Assembly: GCA_051294375.1 (NCBI GenBank) | Contig: CM119270.1 | Span: forward strand, 21,233,775 to 21,297,774 | DNA from: Paraspadella gotoi | Taxonomy: Eukaryota > Animalia > Chaetognatha | DNA: 64,000 nucleotides | Direction: 5' to 3' | Shown here: positions 15,842 through 26,077 of the stretch, piece by piece | How positions within the stretch are numbered: the stretch's first letter is position 1 | Layout: each line of letters begins with the position of its first letter | Made by a program: the position numbers and the translations under genes | Notes under the pieces: model-generated | What the model saw: only the letters and a program-made list of their open reading frames with translations | The model's database searches: none | Told to the model about the DNA's origin: nothing

Positions 15842-16120
15842 TGTGGATAAGGCGCTAAGTGGGCAGAAGATCCGTAACTTCTATAACCCCCTCTAGCAGA
15901 CATGGAACGGGTCCTGGGCTTGGAACCAGGGTTGAGGGTTTGCCACGCCCCCAAGTCGGGTTACGGCCGTCCTCACTCTTCCCGCAGGGTAGGTACCGGG
16001 TTGGGATTGAACCCGGTACCTAGTGGTCATGAGCTGACGGCTTTACTCAATGAGCCACCGGGTCACAACTGAAAGGGTCATGCTTATAGGCGGGGTGAAC
16101 CTAGGCAATGCCCGACTACA
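15842..16120 (-). mobile_element. Family A element copy 1: TG...CA ends, tRNA-like head, twister-like motif
   Basis: 279 bp; reads TGTAGTCGGG...CCTTATCCACA on the minus strand and is flanked by TATA/TATA. Contains an A-box-like TGGCTCATTGAG, a B-box-like GGTTCAATCCC and the twister-like core CCTGG-TTCCAAGC-CCAGG. Colinear with 18945-19219 and 28983-29283. Confidence 0.85.
15907..15985 (-). ncRNA. Type-P5 twister-ribozyme-like motif in family A copy 1
   Basis: Minus strand GCGGG-AAGA-GT-GA-GGA-CGGCCG-TAA-CCC-GA-CTTGGGGG..CCCTCAAC-CCTGG-TTCCAAGC-CCAGG-A-CCCGT. P5 is GCGGG/CCCGT, T1 is GGA/TCC, and P3 and P4 hairpins are present. T2 GC reads GA in this copy and GC in copy 2. Confidence 0.6.
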
Positions 16121-16627
16121 TATATGTCATTACAAGACTCTTGTCAAGAGATTTAGAAACTCAAAAGATGGAATCTAGTAGAACCGGATGGAATCAGATC
16201 GAAGACTCGAAGAAATCACCGAAATTGAATCAAACTTTCTAATTGGTCGAGACCCAGATGGAACCGTCCAATAGGCGGATGGCCTTCCTTACCTCTTACT
16301 CAAATTATATATATATGGATAAAAATTAATTATACTAACGATCTCCTCTGAATATAATGGTATTTTAGTAATCTTCCTTATCAATTTCAGATCTGTCAAT
16401 TTTTTTGAAAAACTTCCCATTAATTAGAATTTTTTATCTAGTGTAAATAAAATGTCAGAGATTTTAAGCGAGTCGGCATGCTATGCTTCTACTATCATCC
16501 CGCAAATAGTAACAGTCAAACGCTACGAGACAACGACGACGACGATAACGATGATAACGACGACGATAACGATGCATTCCCTTTCTACGTCATCGTCGTC
16601 ATCGATTCTCGATGCCCTTGACGGCCG

Positions 16628-16669
<42 letters not shown>

Positions 16670-16732
16670 TCTCTTACTCTCTCTCCTCTTCAGTCTCCTC
16701 TCCTGTCCTCTCCTCTCTCTCTCTCTCTCTCC

Positions 16733-16771
<39 letters not shown>

Positions 16772-17677
16772 CCCTCTCTCTCGTAAGTCCCCTACCTCAA
16801 GTTGGCGATTCTGATTGGCCGAGCGCTTTCGACGAATCAGCGTCCGCCGTTGCCTAGCTTTGGCTCCGAGGTTACGCAGTTTGCCGAGTGCACTGATGTT
16901 CGTATTCTTCTTCCTCCTCCTCCTCCTCTTGCAATAGAGGCGATGCCGGGTTTCCTTTCCTCCTCCAACATCATTGCTTCCATTGCCTCCTCTTCTCGTT
17001 GCCACTTGCAATGGCACACGCGAGAGAGAGAGCGAGAGACCAGAAGGTCGAAAAGGACGTCGAGCCAAAGAAAAGAGATGGAACACAGTTTTTTTTTTCT
17101 CCATAAAATTAATTTTTTAATCAAAATCACAACGGATTTCGGTATAAACGACAAGTTCTTCTGTTCACAGTGAATTTGTGATCTCAAGTTTCTCCCGTCT
17201 GTTGGAAACTAAGAACGGAACGTAAAACTCGTACGAAAACCTCTGTGCATTACAGAGTGCTGTGGTGATTTAGTGATGTACATATTGTAACGATGTAACT
17301 TCAGAGATTGAAGATACAATATTTTGAAATTTGAATTTTAGCAACACGTCTCTGTTATTTTCTAAATTGGTTGATCGGAAATCATGTCGGTCGGTCGGTT
17401 AATGTTACAATACAATGTTACAATGTTAAAAAAATTTCCTCATTTCGTAAATAAAATTCACACAAAAATTTCTAAATATTTTCTTCCAGCTTTAAATCAA
17501 ATTTTTTTATAGACGGTTTTCCCGCCGAAATTCGGGCCACTTCGCCTCTCTCTCCCTCTCTATCTCTCTCTCCCCCTCTCTTCACTCACCCTAATCGCTC
17601 TCCCACAAATATCCACTTTTCCACCATCCAAAAAAAAAACCACCTCGGAACCACCTTTTCGAACCACCCTGTCCACC

Positions 17678-19425
17678 ATGTCCGAATCGGAAGTGAAGGA
17701 ACGCGGCGGGTTCGCCAATTTTATCTACAATCCCGAGACGGGAGAAGTGTTCACCCGAACGCCGGCCTCTTGGGCCAAAATTGGCCTCTTTTATCTCATC
17801 TACTACTCGGGATTGGCCGCTTTTTTCGCGGGAATGTTGGCCATTTTTCTCTACGCTTTCACCGACGATAAGGCCCCAGGTGAGGACTCCTCGCTGCTCA
17901 CTGGTTTATGGTTTATGGTTTTGTCAGTTGCTGTTCTTTTTACGAGAAATACTAACTTATGTTAAAACATTAAAACTAAAAATACAGAAACACGATACAA
18001 ATTTAATACATGAAAAATTGTGACAAATGAACGAAACAAAATGACACAAAACATAATGAAACGAAACGAAAACGAAAGGACAAAGGAAACATGATTAGGA
18101 AATTAAAGGAAAAGAAAATCAAATCAAATCACTGAAATTAAAAATAAAACGTCTCATCTCCATAATAAACCTTATTTTTATTTAATTGTTTGTTTGTTAT
18201 CTCTATTTTTATTCTTCTTCGTTTGGAAAGGTTAAGATTTAATTTATTTTCAGATGACTAGTGATACTTTTTATATCAAATAAACTTTTCCAGTTTTGAC
18301 GGGCAATTACTGTAGTAAACCCTGTATCCGCATTCCTTTAGTTTTGACGGGCAATTACTCGGTGCTGCCTCAAAATCCTGGCATGGGATTTCGTCCGATG
18401 CCGGTGCTGGAGAAGACCCTCATTAAGTACAACATGCAGAAGGAGTCGACCTACAAAGAGTACATAGATCATATCCATTACTTTCTCAAGCCCAACGATA
18501 CAAGTATGTTGGGGAGGGAGAGAGAGATGGAGAGAGAGGGTAAAACAGCGAGAGAGAGAGAAGAGAGAGAGTCAATTATTTTTTTTGAGAGACTTTTTGA
18601 CAAAACTGAAAAAATAAATATTGAATAAATTAAAAACGTACTTTGTGTACTTTATGCACTTTATAAGATGGGAGAAATACGGTTTTAAAGCTCAACTAAT
18701 TTTTTTCTTTCTCAGAATATAATTATCTCGAGGGACAACGAACTTCGCAGTTCCGCGTGTGTGACACGAAGAACATGTCGGAGGCCAAACGCACTGACTT
18801 ACCTTGCAGATTCGAGGTAAGTTCGACTATTTAGTGTAAGGTTGATGATTAACTTTAAATTTGTCGTGGGCTGCATGTTCGTTTGTGTTTTGTTGAAATT
18901 AAAAAACAATATGAGAGGACTTACCTCACATCAACTTTTCGCCATGTAGTCGGGCGTTGCAATATCTTCACCCCGCCTATAAGCATGACACTTTGAGTAA
19001 TGACCCGGTGGCTCAATAGGTAACTCCCTCAGCTAATGATCATCAAGTACCGGGATCGATCCCCAATGCTACCTACTCTGCGGAAATCGTGTGGACGGCC
19101 GTAAACCGCCTTGGCGGCCTGGAAAACACTCAAGCCTGGTTCCAAGTCCCGGACCCGTTCAATGCCTGCTAGAGGGGGTTAGGATAGCACTCTTCAACCC
19201 ACCTAGCGCCTAATTCACTGCCGCACCTTTAACCACCCATCTCTCCCCCCCATCCACCCCCCCAAAGGTGGACAAAATGGAGGACGTCCAACAGCATTGC
19301 CTCCGCAAAGGAGATTACGGCTTCCACGACGGTCAACCTTGCGTCGTCGTCAAACTTAATAAGTTGTTCGAGTTCATCCCTATTCTTAAGGAGGGCACGC
19401 CGGATTATCTGCAGATTGAGTGCAA

Positions 19426-19465
<40 letters not shown>

Positions 19466-19719
19466 GAGAGCTCGCCAGAATATCTGCAGATTGAGTGCCA
19501 GGGTGAGAAATTAAAATTGAAATTGAAAAACGAAAGTGCGAGCTTTGGGCTTATACTTTAAACTGCCCTAAAAAGCTACCTTATCTTATCATTTGTAAGT
19601 ATTAATAGTTTTCTTTAGTTTTCATAAATGGTCCTGAAAAAATGATCAATTCTAATTTTCTAGTGGACAATAGGCAATGGGCTCTTTCCAACTCACAATT
19701 TAAGCAGACATTTTTGTAG

Positions 19720-19766
<47 letters not shown>

Positions 19767-20517
19767 ATTTGCTCTCTCCAACCCCGTAACTTACCAGGCG
19801 AACATCCCGCGGACGTAGACAACATTGGTCCGATCAAGTACTTCCCAAAGGACGGATTTGACATGACCTTCTTCCCTTACCTCAACCAACCTCGATATTT
19901 GTCGCCGCTGGTCTTTGTTCAGTTCGTGCGACCGCAGCCGGGCGTGCTCATCCAGGTCAGGGAATTGGGAGGGCTCGTCCGTCTGTCGGAATTTCCTGTC
20001 AGTCTGTTTGTCACTCCTCGGATTCTTCAGATTACCTCTTAATGTCGATTATTCTTCTGAGTGTGTATGTATGTCTTTTTTTTTTTCAGTCAGTATTCCC
20101 TGTCAGTCGATTTCGTCTGTCAGTTTTCAGAATCTTCATGTCCGTTTTTTTTTTTTGTGTTTGAGTGTGATTGAGTATTCAGTGTCAATCCATCTTTAAA
20201 TTATCTTTATCTGTCAGTCTGTCAGTCATTTTCTTAATCGCTCAGTAAACCTTTGGTTTATATCTGTATCAGTCAATATCCACGTCTCTCTGTCTCTCAG
20301 TCCGTCTTTTGTCTGTTAATCATTTTTCTGTGACTGTCCGTCCTTCCGCTCCTTGGTCGATTCGACAGTGAACATCACGAAAGCCTTGCCACTTGCTCGT
20401 TTCTTTGAACAGGTGGTGTGTCAGACAGTGAATGCTTGGAACATCAAGCAAAATCGCTACAGTCGCGGCGACGGACGAGTTCACTTCGAACTCATGATCG
20501 AAGGAAAGTCGGACTGA
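17678..20517 (+). CDS. ATP1B: Na+/K+-transporting ATPase beta subunit (nervana/ATP1B family), 295 aa; exons 17678-17879, 18342-18503, 18716-18816, 19268-19427, 19798-19955, 20413-20517
   Basis: Family motifs FIYNPETGEVFTRTPASWAKIGLFYLIYY (single TM), NPGMGFRPMP, YGFHDGQPCVVVKLNK, CKGEHPADVDNIGPIKYFP, FFPYLNQPRYLSPLVFVQF and GRVHFEL; six ectodomain Cys. GT-AG introns with consistent phases (888 nt). The paralog cannot be assigned. Confidence 0.95.
18945..19219 (+). mobile_element. Family A element copy 2, on the sense strand of ATP1B intron 3
   Basis: 275 bp, TGTAGTCGGG...GCGCCTAATTCACT, flanked by GCCA/GCCG. TATAA at 18978-18982, tRNA-like head from 19002 (TGGCTCAATAGG, GGATCGATCCC), and a twister-like region at 19080-19158 with GA>GT and AAGC>AAGT changes. 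Confidence 0.85.
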
Positions 20518-22037
20518 GGCCCAAGTAAACAAACAAAACCAACAAAATGTAAACAAATGAAAAAGTGTAAGTAGTGATGGAAAAAAAAACTTGGAAGAAA
20601 AACTCAAATTTATTTAAAAAAAAGAACAAAAGATTAACGACGGTGTAAATTTTTGTTTTTTTCATTGTTGATTTGAATATATAAATGTATATTTACCGAT
20701 CGATAAAAAAATATTACGCTTGAATTTAGACGAAAATATTAGTTTTCTTAGATTATTTTTTTTTGGGGGGGATAAGTATCAAATTTTTTGAATTAATAAT
20801 CAACCTTAGTTAGTGATTTTCCCGGGTCAAATAATGTTCATTGCTCTTTTTTTTTTTATTAGAATTTAATTTTCTTGACGGTGGTGGCCATTTTTTCTCC
20901 GAGTTTGCCACACCAACTTTTAATCCCTCAAAAAGAATTACGCCGATTTTAAGTCAAACAACATAATTTTTTTTTGTTGACAATGTAAAGCTGTAAAATA
21001 GCCAAAGTATCGAATGTGTTTTACTGCCAGTAGCGAAGTCTTTGTCCATTGTTGTTTATATTCAAACGATGCTAAGTAAATTCGATGGATTTTAATTAAG
21101 GTACTTTTTAAACAAAAGACTAACGGGTGATCGAAAAAAAAAATATGTAACACCCATTTTATTTCCCTGTACTTCTAATTTTTGGCTTACGAGATCTTAA
21201 CTTGAACAAAATATCTTCGCGTTCGAAAAATAAGCTAATCATTTCTGACATTTTTATCTGTTAACGTTTGTGTTAGTTATTGCCTCCTGTTTTATTTTGT
21301 TACGAGATCCAGAGATAAATTTACGAAGTTAAAATACTAAAAAAAAAAAATACATATTGGATATTGGATCCAATAAGCGTTTTAAACCTTTTAACATCAG
21401 ACGGTATTTTGTAGAAGTGTATTTTCCCCCGATTGGGTTAATTTGTAATCATCTCGACTTCATCATTTATGTTTTATAGTCTTAAACAAACGAACTAAGT
21501 TTTTTTTTAAATCTAAAAGCGCAGGAATTTTTTCTCTGCTTTGTATCATTCGACTTGTATTGCCGAAGACACTTAAATATCCTTTTCCTGTTGTAATTCG
21601 CACAACTTGAAATTATTGGGTTTTTTTTTTCTTCCTTTGTTATTTTGCTTATTTTGTTTATTCTTATTTCTATCCATTCGTTCCCAAAAGGCTTATTGAA
21701 AATAATAAAGAAAAAAATAATTCATTTTTTTCTTCTTTATTATTTTTTGACAGCAATGCCAAAAATAAAAACATTCCGTTAACCTTTTGTTTCCGTCCTG
21801 AGTTTCGATGCTGCTCTTTTCCGACGGAGGGAACCGCCGATATTTTTTTTTCTGACAAAAAGACATGAGCGGTTTTTCGGTTGAGCATCGTTTGTTTTTC
21901 TTATTCATGAGTTTTTCATTTGCTCCTTGTTTGGAAATACAGGGTTTTTCCTAGGCCGTTTCCATAGTAACCGAAAATCAAACGCTGATCGTGAGATTTT
22001 TATCTGAAATTTTCGTTTCCCCTACGTTTCGTTTCTG

Positions 22038-22151
<114 letters not shown>

Positions 22152-23589
22152 CTCGTTGTCCCTGAGGCGCCCCCCAGAACCGCCTCCGAAAAGCCAAAAC
22201 CCAAAAAAGGCTACTTAAAACCAACGTAACCTCATGATGACAATAAAAGACAACGATGAAGAAAGCATGACGAAAAAAAAAAAAAAGAAATAGTGAGCAT
22301 CTCCCGTTCTTTTGTTTTTCTTTCCATCGACAAAAAGCGCCATCTCGGCGGGAGAATTCGCTCGAAAACTAAAAAAGAAACAACAAAATGGCATCGGAGG
22401 CGGAAACGGGAGCGAGGCGCCCTTGACGTTTCCATCTTGACGACGGGAAAGAAGGGGGGGTTTGAGAATAGGAGGATGAGTGGTTTGATTGGGGGTGTTA
22501 TAGGGTGGTTCAAAGGGGTATTGATTTTGAGGGGGCGGTGAATCTGATACCCTGAAACTCGGAGTGGAAGCGATAAATATTTTTGAATCGATTTAAATCC
22601 ACGATTAAGTTTTGTATTTTTTGTGATTATTTTTAATTTAAAACAATTATTATTAATTTATTACTCTTATGTTTTTTATTTTCAAATTTTGTTTTCTTTT
22701 TGTTTCTTTCTTGTGTTTTTGTCTGTTTTTTTTCTCGATTCTTGTATTCTTCGAAAGAAGATTTTTAGACTGAGAGAAAAAAAAATCTTGTTATTTTGTT
22801 CATTTTAAATTCATCTGTTTTTTTTTTTAGAAATAAAATTTAAGGTTAAAAAAATTTGTTTTTATTTCAATGTCAAAACAATGAGTGATTACAGCGTGCA
22901 ATAGTTAGAGAGAAACAAAGTTGATAAAAAAAATGTAAATTAGTTAGACAAATTGATAAAATTCTGTTTATATCCTTCCTTATATCTGCTTCTAAGTCTT
23001 TCACTTGCAATTCAAGTCACGATTAATGGTTACAATCACTTATCACTTTGAGATAATCCCAGCTTAACTGGCGAAAGCTACGGTTATTAAATAGTTACAA
23101 CCAGTATAAAAATTAATTATTCATTCAGTTTGGACAGGCCTCTCATCCCTCTTACCAGATAATAATATTTTAAGTCTCTCACAATAGTAGCTGGTTTACT
23201 AAACAATAAGTTACTATAATATTTATCTGTTTTTAATTGCGTGTCAGTCAGAAAATTGTCGTTCTAGCCGGAGCTTGCTTTTATAAAATTGGGAAAACTT
23301 GAACAAAATCATTTACTTTTTACTCCACATTTCACGTTAACGATTAACCTTTAACCTTTATTAATTAACCTTTAACCTTTATTCATTAACTTTTAACCTT
23401 TAACTGTCACCCAACAAATTTCCTCCTATTTTCCTCCGACTTAACGAAAATTGGCTCCGCCCAAGCTCCGCCTCTTTCTCCTCCTCTTATTCCTCCCCAT
23501 CCTCTCGTACTTCCTCCTTCCTCCTCCTCTCCCTTCCTCCTCCCTCTCCTCCTCCCCGTCCTTCCAGAGGGAAACCTGAAGAAAGGAGG

Positions 23590-23852
23590 AAAAGACAAGA
23601 TGAAGGGGAGGAAGTTGGCGAGGAGGAGGAAGAGGAGGAGAAAAGAAGGAAAGAGAGGAAGTGAAAGAGGAGGAGAAACGAGAGAGAGAGAGAGAGACAG
23701 AGAAACGAGAATTTTATGATGAGACAGTGGGAGAAGAAGGGGAGGAGGAGGAGGAGGAGGAGAGAGGAGAAAAAAAAGGAAATTAAGGAAAAATTCGTGG
23801 AGAAAGGAGGAAGAGGACAAAAACGAGAGGAGAAAGAGGAGAAACTCTCGAA

Positions 23853-23908
<56 letters not shown>

Positions 23909-24007
23909 ATGATTTTATTTCTCTGTGAGAAACCGGAAGAAGAAGACGCGAAGGAGGAAGAGAGACAGGAAGAGAGAGAGGAGAAGGAAGCGAAAGAGAG
24001 AGAGAGG

Positions 24008-24053
<46 letters not shown>

Positions 24054-24545
24054 AAGCCTCAGCCGAAAAAGATCGAGGATAAAAAGAGGAGGAGAAAGAG
24101 AAAGGGGAGGTGGAAGAGAAAGAGCGAGAGCCAGAGAGCGAGACCGAGAGCGAGAGAGAGACGACGAGAAAAAAGAGGAAAAACAAAGAAGAAGAAGAAG
24201 AAGAAGAGGAGGAGGAGGAGGAGGAAGACGAAACCGAAGAAGAAGACGAAAGACGAAGAAGATTAAAGATGAGGAAGAAAAAAAAAAAGAAAGATGTTCT
24301 TTTTTTGTCTTTTTCCCATTTTTTTACTTTTTTTTACCCTAGGATTTTGGTCCTCAGTTTTATTCTTTTAACTTTTTCCTTTTTTTTCTCCCTTTGTTCT
24401 TCTAGTCTTTTTTCTTTGGTGGCCTTTTCCTTAATTTTCAGTATTTTTGTCCCTTTTCTCTTTTTCACCCTTTTCTTCCATTTTCTCCCATTTTTTTCCA
24501 TCTTCCAATTTTCTTTTTTTTCCCTGTTTTTATTTTTTTTTCTTA
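23590..24545. repeat. Polypurine low-complexity block followed by a T-rich polypyrimidine block
   Basis: (GA)n/(GAG)n/(GAA)n mosaic up to ~24293, then a T/C-rich tract. No recognisable protein domain. Confidence 0.8.
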
Positions 24546-26077
24546 AAATAATCTAAAAAATTTCACCATTCATTGTCTGTTTAATAAATAATTATTTAAT
24601 ACATAGATGACAAAATTTTCTTCTTTGCGTATCATGGAAATAAATATTACAATATTTAGCTGACAACACAGCGTGTTAGATTTTCGCTCATTACCCAGTT
24701 GTTGTTTTTTCATGCAACATTGAGTTATAGTTTGAGTCGTGAAAGAAAAAAAATTATTGTTTAGGTTTAAGCCTTAATAATTTAAAAAAGTACACCATTT
24801 ATTCAGGTAAACTTGTGGCATGTAACGTTGAATTACTACGCCACTACTTATGAACAACATTCGTCCACCTTTTCAGCTTAAATTAAGATTCCATTTGAAT
24901 AAGGATCGTTCGTGGTAATCGTGCGGGTGAGTACAACGACGACAACGAGCGAACATCCCGCTAATCTCTTAAGGACATAGCAACTTTGTTTTCTGACTGC
25001 GGCCCGGATTTAGGGAAAATACCCTAGTGATTTTTTTCGTGATAAAAACGATGTAAAAATAATCTTACAATTAGGATCAAAAATAGAATCGAATTATCAA
25101 AGACGGAATTTATTTTCAGATTAAGTTTCATTTCTTAATTTCGTCATTGATTTTTGTGTTTTTTTTTTGTTTTTTGTATTTTTTTGTGTTAGGAATTTGA
25201 GTTATTTTCCAGGTTTCGTCTTCGCTGAAAAAAACCCCAGACTTTTAGTCAATTTTATCGGTTTGAAGGATTTTGGTTAAATTTCAATGACAACTTTACT
25301 TAGAAAAAGAAGTTGATAAATGCGTAAATAAAGAAGCTTAATGACTTTAACGCTGAAAATTTGGGAAGACGATGCATGTGATTTCAAGACTCACATTTTC
25401 GACTACTACGACGAATGTGGCGAGATGACTTGACAAAATATAGTGGTTAACTATTTTAGGGCTTCGGAAAGAAACGCATTTGCATTGCATGAATTTTTGA
25501 AAATAAAATTATAATTAAAAGTCGAGTTCGGGCTTTCGCTTCCGCCTTTTGTATATTCCAACTAACTTTGCATCAAAGCGACATCTCTCGACCGACTCGA
25601 TAAACCTTCGCATAAAAACATGCTACTTTATTCTTGCGAAAAATTTCTCCCTTTTTCTCGGACTTTCTCCGAATTCAGAAATCCTGTTGAGGCCTGACCC
25701 TGAGGCTAATGAATCAGATGAGCGGGTGTGTTGAAGCTAAACAAGTAAAGTTAAGCGGGGAATCCCAGATCGAGGAAAAGTCGGAAATTAGCCAACCCTT
25801 CCTCTTTTTTCGTATTATTTTTTTCTTTATTTCTGCGAGGCCGTTGGGAAATAACCTGCCTTTTGAGTAAAAATTCTTATCGAATTGTAATGATTAAGTC
25901 TTCTATCCTTTCAATTCGCCAATCCGGGCCTTTTGTGGTCGGGTGCTTCCCCGAAAATGTTTCATTTCTCGTATATAAGTCGTCGTGAGGCGAGGAGGAA
26001 CCAAGCAGTCGAAGAACCAAGCAAAAGAACTTAGATATTCTTTTTTTTTTTCTTCATCAACAAAAAAAATAATTCGA

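Noticed and set aside
19159-19182. Type-P1 twister reading using the downstream CTAGAGGGGGTT as the GA-T1-P1 strand
   Set aside because: It gives no P2 pairing and has no counterpart in family B. The upstream GA-GGA gives Watson-Crick T1 and matches family B.
23407-24556. Long Glu/Arg/Lys-rich or Phe/Leu/Ser-rich ORFs
   Set aside because: Purine-only or pyrimidine-only tracts lack stops by composition, and there is no consistent frame or exon boundary.
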